Part shown: positions 24,801-39,800 of the stretch, one piece after another | Position numbering within the stretch: position 1 is the stretch's first letter | How the letters are laid out: every line of letters starts with the position of its first letter | Assembly (NCBI RefSeq): GCF_040938485.1 | Contig: NW_027272677.1 | Coordinates: 62,001-126,000, forward strand | Length of the DNA: 64,000 nucleotides | Direction: 5' to 3' | Source of the DNA: Diadema antillarum | Lineage: Eukaryota | Position numbers and translations under genes: made by a program | The notes under the pieces: model-generated | Database searches by the model: none | The model's input: only the letters and a program-made list of their open reading frames with translations | Told to the model about the DNA's origin: nothing

Positions 24801-27800
24801 CTGCTTTCATTAAATGCTTAACACGTTTGCAGAACTTTTGAGAAGAGGTATCTTTTGTGTAAGGAGAGAGCGATCATTCCTCCTTTCAGGTAGAGCGTGC
24901 AAAAGTCGAGTCTCACCTTTAGGATGTCAGCAGCAATATATTCCAGGACAGCTACGAGATAGAGAGAGACCTGGTAGTCGACACGGTAACCAAGCACCTC
25001 CTATTAGGAGTGAAACACAAGAACACAAACAAATAGATCAGGTGACTGGATTTTCTGCTCTCTTGGGTCAAATCTTCCTGTATGGAGTCACATTTGTTTT
25101 ATGTAATCCCACTACAATGCAGCAAGTTTTCATCCTAAACAAAAGTGAAAATGTCTTTATAATACAAACAGAAATGAACAGAAGCATATTCACAAGACCA
25201 TATGGAATTTGACCACATAAATCCATGGTGGACAGCAACGAGCATTTTGAACATCAGAAATATAATATACCACTTGTCTAAAAGTGATGTATGTAATTAA
25301 CTAATTTGGCTTGCTGCAAAATAACATACAATCAAACAGGTACGAACCATTTCTATAAAGCGTAATAACCTGCTTGTGAAATAAATGCAAACAGTACATG
25401 GCCAAAAAACAAAAACAAAAACAAAAAAAATAAGTCATGATGTGACAATAGTTATCAGCTTCATATTCATTGTATAATGTAAAATACCTGAACAAAATTG
25501 CACTGAAAATGCAAGATGCAATGTGCAAAGAACACCAGCGTTCATAACGTGAACATTCCTAGAGAAATAAGATTACAAAATTTCCTACCCATGTCACAAA
25601 CTCCTATACAGTTTGAAGAAGGGCCCCTAAGCAGACTCTGACTGAAAGCATGCTCATGCGTCACTCATATGGCCTTCTGCAACTATTGATGACATTTCCA
25701 AACATTGTGCGGGGCAACCTTGACCAATTCCCTAGAAAAATAGATTTAAAAAAAAAACACTTTTCCCTGCTGAAGTTCAGGCTACCACTTTCCTGCTAGT
25801 TGCATAGTGATGCATTCAACGTCACATCTACGTGGAATCAGATTTTTTTTTTTCCTATTCACTGGGAACTTTGTTTTGAATTTGTATCTTAAGACTAATC
25901 CTTATGGATAAACATTGGAATGTAACAGATTCATGGTGTTTCATAATCCATACTGCTCACTCCACTTTCAAGAAAGGAAAAAAAAAGTGCTAAAGAGAAA
26001 CCAACTGTGGGTTAAAAGCACAAGACAAGACTGAATTCTATACACATAATAAATGAGGCAGGTTATTTCTGGTAGGTACACATTACCAAATGAGTTGTGT
26101 AAGGTCTATTGTGCCAGTATGTCAAAGATCAATCATTAGCAAATTCAACAGCTAAAAATAGAACTCATGTGTCAACTTCAAGAGCTGGGAGCCTGTGTTA
26201 ATGGGGTCCCTGGAGAAGTTTCAGATTGCTGCTAGATTCTGTTGTCTTATCTTTTTCTTTCTTTTGAAGATTAATTCTGTGAAGCCTAGGATGTGTGGTA
26301 CTTTCACTACACTGGCAGTGTCATTGTTCTTTCTGTCCATGTTGGGCCAGTTTCACATTGTATTCACTCTCACAGAACAGTAGAATTAGAGAGTATCCAA
26401 ACAGGCAATAACATTTCTTGTTTTCGGACTGAATCTATGTCAATTTTTGAGTGTGTGTGTGAGTGTATTCTTCGAGAAATCATGCAAAACCTCTCTTACA
26501 TCTTCTTCGTGGTCATATTCCGAGGCCCCTATTTTATTTGTGTAACAAGGAAATATGAGCTTCGGAAGAGTACACACAATACACACAACTTAAATGCTGC
26601 AAGTGAATGTTAACAAAAGCAGTATCAAAGGAATAAAGTGCTCAATGTTTACATAGAGAACTGTTTATGTCTGATAATTCCCACAAATGGGTATTGTTCA
26701 TCAGTGTTATACTTCATTTCATAAACTACATATATACATGACTAGCCTCTTCCTACACATGGGCACACTCATTACATTTCATTACAGAATGTATGTTACC
26801 TCACAGACTCACAATTCCAGCATTTTTTCATGCCTCACACTTGCCTCAATTTCTTGTACACAAAGACAGCCTAGTATAAATTTGTATACTTCCGATGTCT
26901 GATCCGCAGCAAACATGCATTTGAATTCCCCTGTAGAACAAAAACATCACATTCATTCATTTTAACACTCACCAGACCCACACAAGAAAGCCATTAGGAC
27001 TCCAAACAAAGAAACTTCCACCACAGACTGGATACATGATGATACCCAGTCTTGGCTGTAGTGTGTGTGGGTCACTATGGAAGGCTCCACTAGCCACAGA
27101 CAAGGTACATGATACCCTCTATTTTTGGCCTCTAATATCCGTTTAGGTTTTTCTGCAATCAGATATCTGCTTTTCATAAATATCCATCCCCCAGTTTGAC
27201 TCACTCGGCTCATTCGCTCGCTGATCAGCGCACACACTCACACATACACATACACACGGAAGGCTAGTGACCTCAGAGGAGACAAGAGCCTCCGACATAA
27301 CGGTGGTGACATGTGGGGGCGGAATGCAGTCGCGGTGAGGATGATTCATCGTAGGATGCTCTGCCGTAGGATGCTCCCGGCCTCTCCCCCTCTCTCTCTC
27401 CCTCTCTTTCTCTGCCTGTTCCTCCCGCTGCATCATCTATCCCCTTTTTATAACCTAGCATGCTGGTGACATTGCTGATAATAATGTGCACAACAATGTC
27501 TCTCTCCTGATTCCACATAACCATGGACATTAAAATTTGGGCTTCTAGTACCTCCATAGATTGTCTGAAAATGCCTGTTCATGTGCATATTTGCAAGTGA
27601 TGACAGGCAAAAAAGACCAGCCTACTGTGGGCTTATATCACAGAATGTATACAAAGAGTAATCATAAGCAGATCAAGGGTTTCCATCCACAACACACAAG
27701 CACACTTATCACACAAAACACAATGCAATTTGAATTAGTGGAGATTAAACGCTTCGATCAACAAATGATGTCGCTGTTAACGCCACTCCCTTCATTCCAT

Positions 27801-30800
27801 TTTGAATGAGAGTTATTTCTGGTAATGATGCAAGCCGAGTGATGGCACACGACGAGTCATCCTCACTTTTCCCGGAATATCAGGGCATCCAAACACCGGG
27901 CAGCTCACTATCGATGACTCAAGTCTCTGGACATAACAAGTCCCTTCAGCAGTCCTCATCCTATGGATGTGGGGTGAGAATTAACTCTCACACATACATA
28001 TATCCTGGTTCATTGCAATCATGTGGAAAATCACTTATACTTCCCACATAACATGTACATTCATTCTTACCCAGAAAGAATCACCATTTCGCAATACACA
28101 TGCTCCCATGAGTAACATTTTGTTGTTCTGTCTCGCTCTGTGAAATTCTAACAACAGCTTGGGAAAAAATTAGACAATGAGTATGTAACTTCTACGTATA
28201 TGCCAAGAAATAAACAATCAAAATGAAAGGCTCAGACTTAAAAGCAATATACCTTCTGCACTTGGTTCCTGCACTATGCAGAAACAGGTATGGTACCAAA
28301 AAGTCACCTGCATAGTGTAAATGACAAATCTGGGCCACTTGCATATCATGGGTAGTGGCACCGATTTTCGCTGACCCGAAAATCTTTTTTTCTTTTCTTC
28401 TCCATTTCAATTGTTGAAGATTTTCACAATTCTTTCATGGCGATGTAGGTCAAGATCACTGAGAGGCTGAATAAAGGCAGTGCTGATCACAAGCAATCAT
28501 TAAAGCTGACTGGCACAGACTGCATTTTTTTAAAATATATATTTCCAGGTCAAAACTCAGGCTACACCCATTTGGTGTGCTTCTCAGACATTGTCATGGT
28601 AGCAAAAAGCCATTACATGTTCACTGCAGCAAAATTTGTGGATGTTTCCCTACCATTTCTACAGTAATAGTCCATTCACTGAACCCTGCTACAAAACAGT
28701 CATATCCACATGGGAAAATATGTGTCATCGATTTTTACCGTCATGGACTAATAGCAAAGAAGCCCAGGAGCAGCTCGAAGGTGGTGGTAGGGACTTTTTT
28801 CTTTTGACTAAATAAGACAAGTATTCATTTTTTAAGATATCCAATTCAAGTACCTACACCTTGACAATGCAGTAATTGTGTAAGGCTTGTCTTCACAGGG
28901 ATTTAGCTTACTTGTGCAACATTCTTCACATCATGTCAAAATTGACAAACTGATAAAATCCTGCAGAAAATGTAACCTCTTATAGATGCAGAAGTTCAAC
29001 AGTGTTTTGTTTGTTTGTTTGTGCCCAATTGTATATGTACATACAGTATTCTGTGACTATGCATGCAAAGTTTGAAGACAAATTTAAGCATCTAAAAATC
29101 TAAAAATTGTGAAAATTTGGCACATTGCCCATTTGAACAAGATCCTGTCCCCCTAGGGATGTTCCCTACCAAGTTTGGTAAAAATCCATCTTGGGGTTTT
29201 CAAAAAGAAGATGAAAATGTAAAAAAGTTTACTCACTTTGGACGACTGACGACGAATGATCACAATAGCTAACTTGAACCTTTGGCTCTGGTGAGCTACA
29301 AAGGGGTGAACGCAACAAAATGTGACAGCACGTAATAAGCCGTAACGAAACTTGGAGGTGCTCCATAGTAAGACGCGACGGGATATATGTGTTGTCTAGC
29401 CTGACAAGACGTGAGAATGGCGTCTGATAGCTACATGTTCACTGGAGCGAGGACTGGAATGAACAAGACTAGAATACAGAGGGGAAAAAGGAGAATATCG
29501 CACCTACTGATGGCTTACTACGTTTCAGGCAAACGAGGCCGGAAGGAACGTGGTGTACATACACAGCACAACGCTTCAAACTGGCACTGGTCCGACAGTC
29601 CCAGACCAGTAAAAATCACTGTTGGGCCAGTAAGTTTTGGGCAATTGCCAAATTTGCTGGTCCAACATGACTAGTCAAACGAAATGACATTGTTGGGCTA
29701 GGCGACAAAAGATCAGGACCAATAATTTCTTCTATTGCAACTGATTGACAAATTGTCCTGTATTGACGTAAATAAGCATCGAATTAGCCTGTGTTAATCA
29801 ACTTGAAGCAAGGGACTGGGACAGGTCAGACCAGGAGAGAAAAAATATGGTTAGTGTGCAGCCCTGAATAGCATAAACAAGGAAAATAGTACATGAGGCT
29901 GGTGGAATGCCAGCCACTGAAGGCAGTCAGCAGGCTTTCCTTACTAATTATAGGAGAATGAGAATGATCAGCCCCAGGGATTCCCAGGTACAGCACCAAA
30001 CAAAGCCAGAGGCTGGTTTCAGTTTCTTTCCTAGAATCCTGTAGTATAACCGGGGAAAGCCTGGGAAAATCCATGACCTGGATGAAAAACAATAACCCCC
30101 CCCCCCCCCAAGAAACAAACAAAAACAAAAACAAAATGCTTACACTGACTAAAGGGAAGAAGCCTGTGTGACTTGGGATACATGCATGGATGTATGGTAA
30201 GTGGTGGTGGTGGGGGGGTGGGGGGGGGGGGGGAGACTGTGCTTCTGAGAAATAAGCTGTCTATGTAATGGTCACTACATACATGTATGAAATGATTGGC
30301 ACGGAGACAGTTCTGCCAGCAGCTTATTTATAATGTCTCAATGAGAGGGTACTTGTCATAGAGGCTTGATATGTCTCAGAAATAGCTGCAATGATCAGGT
30401 GACATTCTAAGAAAACTTCCAAAAATAAGTTCACCGACACATGGCAGAGAATGAGGTGGGGATGAATCCCACGCTGTCACCTACTGCACACAACATGACT
30501 AATTAGAGGGGAACTACATAGGAGAATACTCCAAATGCCAACTTTCTGACAGAATATATATGCACCACATGCACCTTTGAGAGAGAAAGCATGTGGCTGT
30601 GATGCCAAATCACAGGGCAACCCTCAAAACATTAAAATTCACTGACATTAACTACACTTTGAGGAAGCCTTTTGAGCAGGATCTGATTTGGTGTCTCACA
30701 TCTAAAAACAAAGTTAACTGGGCTGCCAACGTTCCCACATCAAACTTCGGAAGATTCCAAAGGGGAATCACGCTGATACTTCTGTATTACATCCAACTCA

Positions 30801-33800
30801 AAAGGCCAAAGTAATACCCACATTTCGGAAGCATTTGTGTCTTTATGCCAGGACTTGAAGGTTTTCGTAGATCCTCCTGTGGAATCAGGGAGACTTGTAA
30901 AATCTGCTGGAAACCCTAACATAGCACAACACATCGATGCCATCCTTCAAATGAATTCCCTACACAATGCATCAGAGAAATCATCATCACGCCATCACGA
31001 GGACTGCTTGGAATGGAATTTGAGACATTGGGGTTAGCTGACATATCGCAAATAAAGTGGTTATCATATATTTTCTTTATTACCACCATATACTTTCACT
31101 CAGACTTTCACAGATCAGCTGGTCATTTGTCATTCTTTTTAGTCACAGCAATACTCTCACCAACATACAGTTTCCTTTCGAACCATTACATGCTATTGTC
31201 ATGCCAATAAGATTTGCCCAATATCAAGAATGCAAATTTGCTTAAATCATATACTTTATATAATATCATTCTCATTACACTGGAATAATCTCGCATGTAG
31301 CATATTGAGATTAATGTATATTTCACACAATCAGTTCAGAGAAGACATCGGTGTGCAGTTTCACAACATTTGAAAGTAGCTGCATACCAAGTTCAGGGAG
31401 AAATCTTTTCTGCAGTCATATTAGGCGCGGTCAGACTGGCAAAAGATCTAGACGTTCAAGATCGCGATCTTTAGGATCTCGAAGTTTTACCAGTGTGACC
31501 GTAAACTTCCCGCAAAACTTCCCAATCCACCTAGGGATATTTTCCCCAATCCCTGCCAAACTTCTCGATCTTTTGCCAGTGTGACCACTAGAAACTGAAA
31601 CTTCGCGATCTTTGTTGTGTGACCAGTCCACCACCTGTTTGCAGGCGGTGCCTCAGAAGTGCATGGCTATTGTGTTGTGCAGGTGTTCATTGTTTCGTCA
31701 CAATCACGAGCCATCAGACAGCGCGCTCTTTCTTTCTACTTGCACATGCGCACTAATGACCCAAACTTCTTGATCCCAACTTGATCCAAAGATCAAGAAG
31801 TTTGGCTGCCAGTGTGACCAGACAACAAAAGATCATGAAGACTTCGCAATCTTGACCCCTTGAGGACAGGCTGATTTTGCTACAATACCCATTTCCCATA
31901 TACCCCTGCCCAAGCATACCAGGGACTCATCCTCAACGGGTTAAACTTTTCGATCTTTTGCCAGCCTGACCATACTTTTTGAGATTCCAGACAAAGGAGT
32001 CCATGGGGAGTTTTATTGGCATGGTGACTGACCAAGTCAGAACTTTCTCTCTTTTTGAGTGATTCTCCTTAAAATTCTACCTAATAATCTACATTATTAT
32101 ACAGGTTTGTATTCAAAGCAACTTTCTCTTTGGGTGATTGCTTCTTTTATTGTGATTTAACTCAATAAAACAAACAACTTTTGAAACAAGGAAGCAAAGA
32201 ATCTAAGCCACCACATTTGCTGCAAATAAATGTTTTGGACAATGAAAGTATGAGAGATGTAATGGAGGTTGCTTATCTTACTCCCTGGCAGTCAGAATCA
32301 CAATGTAACACAAAAGACATGCCCATGCGTACATCCCAGCACAATCATGTGCATGTTACTGTTATCTCTATTCACATTTTTGTTTTTGAAATGGGACACA
32401 ATGAAAGTAAATCAATGCCTGTGATGTCTGGCAAGTGTATTTGAGGTACCTTCTCCGAGAGCTTGGCAATGGGATGTTAAACACAAAAGATGCGCCCACG
32501 TGTTTCTTCCCTTACCCTTTCTCCTCCAAGGTATGAAAGACTGAACAATTACCTCAGTATTTCCACATTTCCAAGTATGGCAGGTGTATTTGAGGTTCTT
32601 TCTTTAAAATTTTGGCATTCAGAAGATGCAATTTGACAAATGGCATGCACACGTGCAATTCCCAGGTTTTATCAAGTTCAGCTTCGATTACACACTTACA
32701 TACATGTAGGCCTAATCATTTACATCTGTGTCTGTGCGTTGAGGCAGCAACATTACTTGGAACTGCCAAAGCCCTCCCTCCAAACAACACTGTTTTGGAG
32801 AACTTGTTTTTCCAGTGAAGAGACAATCTACATAATATACATGGCTTCTGCCTCCAGGTATTGCGACCCAGACTTGGACTGCAATTCCCAGAATCACTCG
32901 TACAGTACCACAGTTGGTATCATAGAGCGTGTTTCTACTGAGCGACGAAAATTCGAGGTGATGCCAGCCGATGTGTGGTGATACCGGCCGATGCCGGCCG
33001 ATACCGGCCGATGCGTGGTGACACCTCAAATTTTTCCTCAGTAGAAACAGATCGGGTAGTGGCCGATGCCGGGTGATGCGAGGTGCTCCGTCGTCCATCT
33101 ATTGAGGTGGTCGATGCGTGGTGACGCGAAGGACGATTCTCAGTAGAAACACACCGGGTAGCGAAATTCGTGGTGTATCGGACGTCTAGAATTTTCCCCC
33201 GCACTTTTCAATTGGTTCATCGCACTCACTCCTTCGACACATGTGTACAAAATACGTGTGTACACACAGCGACCGTGTTCGCATCATTTGTTTGTACCAA
33301 CTCGCTTGTGTACGTGTTATAGGCCCTATACGTTACGTTACATGTGAATTGTGGCATTCATCGTCTATTGTTCGCATGATTAACAGCCTAACTTATTGCA
33401 TTACTAAGCCCTCATCACTTACTTTGATTTTACACCGCGTTACTTAGTATTTCATTTTATATTGTCAGGCAGTGCGCGCGTGACCCAATCTGTGACTTAA
33501 AAATACCTGACTTCCGGAATCGCCGCATTTGCACGTCACCTTTGCATCACCTCGCATTTTATCGCTCAGTAGAAACAGCTCGAGTGGTCGTAAAATACGA
33601 GGTGCTGCGTTGGACAAAATTCGTGGCGATGCCAGGGATGTGAGGTGCTCTCAGTAGAAACACGCTCATTGTGTTTGCCAGTATATTCACATCTGCAGAT
33701 TGTTTGTCACTTGCACAGCCCAGTAAATACTGCCCTGAATGAAAACTTCCCCAGACAAAGCATACTGCTTTCTCTAGTGGGCTTCTTTTTTTTTTTAGGT

Positions 33801-36800
33801 GATCCGAGTATCCTCTCGGATCACCTATTGTATCTGTACGGATTCTTTCTTCTTCTTCTTCTTCTTCTTCTTCTTCTTTCTTTATTTCTCCCCAAAAGTT
33901 GTGCAGAGGTTAGCTCAGAAAGTACTCTGCCTATCAAGTTCAAACTTATACCATGTATGTATCGTGTCCCAAAGACGGCAATCGAACTAAAATCAAAGTG
34001 ATCAGTCGACCGTGACGTCACTATGACGTCATTATATGAAAACACATTCTCAATCATATCTCATTAATGGAATGAAGTTTTTCAATGAAATTTACGTCAC
34101 ATATATTTCAAGTTATGCGCATTCTACTCATATTCTCAAAATTCACATTTTCTCTTGGTACGTGCGCGTACGCGCGCGTTGAAATATTTGTATGCTCAAA
34201 TCGAGCTCAATTTTTTTTTGCACACGTTTCAGACCATTTGGAGCATTTTTTGAAAAATTGATAAAATCGGACGGACGCGTACGCGCGCGCGCATATACAA
34301 ACGCACATCTCATATGCAATAGAAATTTTCAGTTTTTTCACACGGATCGGATGTCCACAATGTCAAGGAATATTTCTATCAAGTTTCAAGTCGATCCGAC
34401 TCAATATGACGTCATACGGGCCCGTCAAATTCAAAATTCCGCGCGTGCGTCAATGGGGATACATTGTGCAACTATGCCAAAAAACCGCCAATTTTAAATC
34501 GGATTTTACTCGTCAGGATGGACGGTGATCCCCCATTTTCTTGACATATTCTGAAAGCTGATGAGTTGTACATGTCATTTCATGGGTTGGCGATACTGAA
34601 AAAATGATTAAAAGATATCAAATTTCTTAATAAAGTAAACAAAGTAAATTTTCCAAATGACGTCATCAAATTTCAAATTCACTCGAGCGTATCTCACTTA
34701 AATTTCGCCAATTTTCACCCAGATTTCAGTATGTTGTAGCTTATGAAATGTTCTTTCATCAATGTAATAACAACATTTTGATTGAATAACGTCATCACCT
34801 CGTAAAAATGGATTGAAAGTATCCTTGTAAAATTTGACCAGTTTACGTGTTATCTCTATGGGAGAGCAGTTTTTCTGGCAGTGAAAATTGACATGACTCT
34901 CTTTTTCGAGCACTAGCTCACCTATGCTTCGGTGAATTTCTCCCAGATTTTAGTATGTTGTAGCTGAGACTTTGGGCTATCGTAAGTGTGACCTCCATTT
35001 TTTCATACAACGTTGGTATCACATCGAAAAACTTGGTTGAAAAATTGCATGTGGCTTCGATGCAGCGTCATTTTGCTTAATACACAGGGCCTATGGAGCA
35101 TGAAATAGGTCATTGCATAGCGCATCCGACTCGTAATCCTAAGGTCCCTGGTTCGATGCTCACCCCTGCCAGTTTTTTTTTTTTGAACACTTTTTTTCCT
35201 TTTTTTTCTGTAGTTAGTCTTAATCTCCTTTCCTAACTTTATCTTTTTCTGGTTTTTTCATGCTTCTCCTTCAAATTTCTATAAAAATAACATAATTTTT
35301 TCTTTATTTTTCTTTCTTTCTACTACTTTCTGTGCAATAGATGGACAACAACAATGGCTATTAATCCCATATTTTGCACATGTTTTGTTCATGTCACGTA
35401 CATTATTTCATAAAATAACAATTACTTGATCGGACACCATCTTGGGTATGTAAATTAGGGTCAAAGGTCATAAATGTTTTATCCTGTATCTTGGTGAATA
35501 CATGTCCTATCTCTCCCATATTTTGCACACGCAAAGACCATGTTACAAGAATCATTTTACAAAATAACCACATTTTGCTTAGATGCCTTCATGTCTGTGC
35601 AAAGTGAGGTCAGTGGTCAAATATACTTCATTCTGTCTCTTTATTATGACGTGTTATACGGAATATGGTACCAAAGATGGCAGATCTGACTCGCTTTTCT
35701 AAATGAGATTCCGAATATCACACGGCGAATGTCCCTAAACACAGATGAAACCTGTATGGTCATGCCTAAATTATATATTTGTTGCTGTATCTTCGTTATC
35801 TAGTGTATACAGAATTTGGAACCAAAGATGACAGATTTGACTGCCTTTTCTAAATGAGAATCCAAACATCACACAACCAATGTCTCTAAATACAGATGAA
35901 ACCTGTATGGTGTTGCCTATTGCGATCAGACCTCGAATCATTGATTTAAAAAAAAAATCGGATCACCTTAATTTGTCAGTGATGACAAATTACAATCTCT
36001 AGTTCTTCTTTTTTTTTGAGGGGGGGTCACATTCAAAGGGAAAGTAAATCTTGATGTGCTGCTTTGTATGAAAATGGAAATATCAACAACAAAATAGTAG
36101 ATCAGTGAAAGTGTGAGAAAAAAAAATCAGCAAATAAAAACAAGAGACCCAGTGGGCCTAGCACTCACTCAAATGCTGCAAGTTTATATTCAACACATTC
36201 TGGCAGACTGTTACCTCAGAACTGACAGAAGAACATACATGTAGCAACCTTGAGGGGCTTTGGGGGCACCTCCAGGGGGCATGGTGTCCATTTGTATCTA
36301 TCATATCGACCTTGCTTTTTTTTGGGGGGGGGGGGGGGGGGGTGGGGGGGGAATTTCCCCTTTAAAGCTATACACAAATCATGTGGCTGTAACAGTCCAC
36401 ACCACCTGTACAGCATTCCTACATCTCTGTTCTTGTTCTTATTGTACTGATCACTGCAACAACCCACCCATCCTGCTTCCATACCTGTGGTTGTCAAGTT
36501 TAGCTATGGACCTAGGGATGGTGGCAATGTGCTGTGTGGCAAGCTGTCGTGTGGCAAGCAACAAATGATGCAATTTTCTGGCTTTAAGTTTGTCATTCCC
36601 TACATATCTCAATCAGTATCACTATCAGCCTTCAAATCTCTTCACAAGTAATCTACTGCAGTAGTCCCCCCCCCCCCCCCCCCCCTTGCTGTTGCTAGCC
36701 ACACATTGTCTTTCTGACGGTAATGTCCCTCGATATTGAATGAAATTAATCAAAATGTGATAGTACATGGATAAGATGCTCCCTAGCTGTCCTGGTACCT

Positions 36801-39800
36801 GTAGCACATAGTCATGAAATATACAAAGAGAAAGGTGGAAATAAGAGGGATTCATAAGCCATGATACAATGAAACTGCAAGGCTCACCCTCAACAACTGA
36901 TGAATCTTGTCGACGGGCAGCACCAGGGGTGCCTTCTTGCGCCCCTTCTCGAGGGCGGAGCGAGCGTCGTTGATGGCCCACTGGTCAATGGGGTTGGGGA
37001 AAGTCTTCTTGACGCGGTCCTCCACATCGTGGACGCTGTGGGGTTGGCCGGCACACAGCATGTTGAGAAGGCAAATGATGAGACTCTCGATGTACTCCAA
37101 TGAATCTTCGTCTGCCTGCAGATTGGCATGGACTTGTTGCTGCACCTGTTGGAAAATTGAGTAAATCCATAATTGTGAGCAAGACTTATTATGGGATCAA
37201 ATCAAAGCCTAGTCTACTTTGCTAAATGCTGGGGGGGGGGGGGGGGGGGGGGGGAGGGGGGGCGGTGGTTAGGAAATTTACTGTGACCCCCGAAGTGCCA
37301 CAGGAGAGTTTAGATATAAACTAGAAATGTCGCTACGGCGACTGATGCCTCCGCCATAATACATGATTCTCCCAATAGGTGTATAGTACAATGTCTTCAC
37401 AATGTGTGATGACAGTTTCACATAACTGGCAAAATATCGAAATAACAGGTTTATCAGAAATATCTTGAATGTTCACTTTCCACGAACTGGGTTTGCTATA
37501 ATTGTCTATTTAAGAGTACAGGTACACATATTTGGGGAATTGAAAATTTGTACTTGACTTCTGACCGACCTTATTATAAGTTTATGCATTAATTTTCAAG
37601 GTATGAAGAAAGAGTGTAATTACAGTACAAAATATATCTTTTTTTTCATTTAAACCTAACCTTTGACCCTTAACCTTTGACCTTTGACCTTCTGGCTGGA
37701 AACTTCCAAGAGAATCTCCATTAAGTAATACATGTACATATATTAAATTTTAAAACTAATAATGCAATTATTGCATATACTAGTATATGAGGGAAATAGT
37801 AATATTTTGAAGAGTTGACCTTGACCTTTGACCCCTGACTATTGACCCATGACCCCTAAATTCCCTAGATAATCCCTGCCAGTCAGTATATGCATATGTA
37901 CCAAGTTCCATGAGGATACATTGAACCATTTGTGAGAAATGTGATATTGCAACATTTTCACCTAACCTTTGACCTTTTGACCTTTCACCTTATGACATGA
38001 AACTCTCTCTGGAGAATCTTTATGCAGTAGTACATGTCTACACTAAGTTTCAAGAAAATAACTGCGGGCATTGCATAGATATGGGGGAAATAGCAACATT
38101 TTTAGCATTTGACCTTGACCTTTTGACCTTTGACCTCTTGTCAATGTCACTAAAATCTACTCAACTAATTGTCCCATCATACATCATCCTTGGACCAAGT
38201 TTGGTGAAAGTTGCTTCATCCAGTTTTGAGTAATCACGTAAACAGATAAATTTTAGGATTTGACCTTGATCTTTGACCTTTGACCTCTGTCCGATTTCAC
38301 TGAAAAACTAATCAAGTAATTGTCCCATCATACATCATCCTCCAACAAAGTTTGGTGAAATTTGCTCCATACAGTCTTGAGTTATCGCGTAAACGGATAA
38401 ATTTCATGATTTGACCTTGACCTTTGACCTTTGACCTTTTGCCGATTTCACCTAGAATCTAATCAAATCATTGCCCCATCATACTTCATACTTGGACCAA
38501 GTTTGGTAAAATTCCAGTAAATATTACTCAAGTTATCGCGTAAACGAAAGCGGACGGACGTACGTACGGACGTACGTACGGACGTACGTACGGACGTACG
38601 TACAGACGTACGTACGGACGTACGGACGTACGGACGGACGGACGGACAACCCGAAAACATAATGCCTCCGGCACCACTACGTGGCGGAGGCATAAAAACA
38701 CAATAGCTGAAAAGAGTGAATATTCAGCATGGAAAAATAAAAACATGTTTCTTAATATACCTCTTTGCCTGTACAAAATCAAACACAGTTTGGTATCAGT
38801 AGTGCCCATTGTCAGGGGCAAATGTGTACCCCATTCATACTACAGGTCGGTTGCAGAGGCCTCCTCAAGGTTTGAAAGCCCACTCAAAAAAGTGGTCTCC
38901 TGTCTGTATATACTGCTCGGGCTGGTTTTGCCCAAGTAGGTCCAACTGGCTCCATTTCCATGGTAACTGAGTTCCCCTATGATATATGGCATGGGCTTTT
39001 GAATTTCTTACATAATCATGAAAGTGATTAAGTGCTAAAGTGCACACCTTGTGCGACATTTATCAGCGGCGATTGGACAAGACGGCTGGTTTGTTTACAT
39101 TAGCTGGTGATGACCTTCAATGAAACCTTCGGGGTCGGCAAAAAAGTTGAGGCTCTTCGAGGCTGCTGTAGGTTTTAGGTGTGTCTTCATCAGCCCAAAG
39201 TTGAAACTAGCGGGATATTTTGCGGTCTTAGAAAATAGCGTGATGCAGCGAATGTGCGTCTTCATCAGCTCGAACAGCCTGCTTCGGGAAATTAGCCCGA
39301 AAATTGACGCATGCGCACTTTGCATCAGTACTCTGCCTGGCTCGCAGTTCGAAAGTGGATCTCCCCGCTCAAAATCTCCTATATCACCGTATGTACGATA
39401 CTACAACCAGGGAGGTGAGCAGCACAGCAAATTCTCTCCATAGGGATATTGATAACGCTACTCCTTCTTCTGTCCAGTGAGGCATCTTATATGAAATTAA
39501 CGAATTGCAATGTTTAAACAAATCCAAAATACACATAATCTGAAGAATCTTCAGCTAAGGTAGAGTGGACCAGAAGAAGAAGTTTACACAAAAAAAAAAA
39601 AAAACCCAGCAATGCACACGCTTTTTTTTTTCAGTTGCAGGGGAGGATGAAACTGTTAATTTGTCACTCATAAGTTTGATTGTTTTATTCTCCTTCCCCA
39701 TCTCAGAATTTCGCCCTTGAACAAGATCTGATTTGTATATTGTAACTTAATGTTCTGCCTTTTTCTTTACAATTACTCTACATTGTTCAGTGACTGTGTT

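Larger units (their letters stand above)
33790..36004 (-). mobile_element. HINE-like element in reverse orientation, about 2.2 kb
   Basis: Hairpin TAGGTGATCCGAG/CTCGGATCACCTA plus (CTT)n at the left; matching TCGGATCACCT (35958), 10-bp hairpin TAATTTGTCA/TGACAAATTA and CTAGTT end at the right. Confidence 0.6.

Noticed and set aside
27143-27557. ORFs over a GA-rich, GC-richer patch as an alternative SOS first exon
   Set aside because: Driven by GA/CA microsatellites; I found no strong in-phase donor and no homology.
38463-38821. VRTS/VRPY-repeat ORFs
   Set aside because: Translations of the (CGTA/CGGA)n microsatellite of the HINE element.
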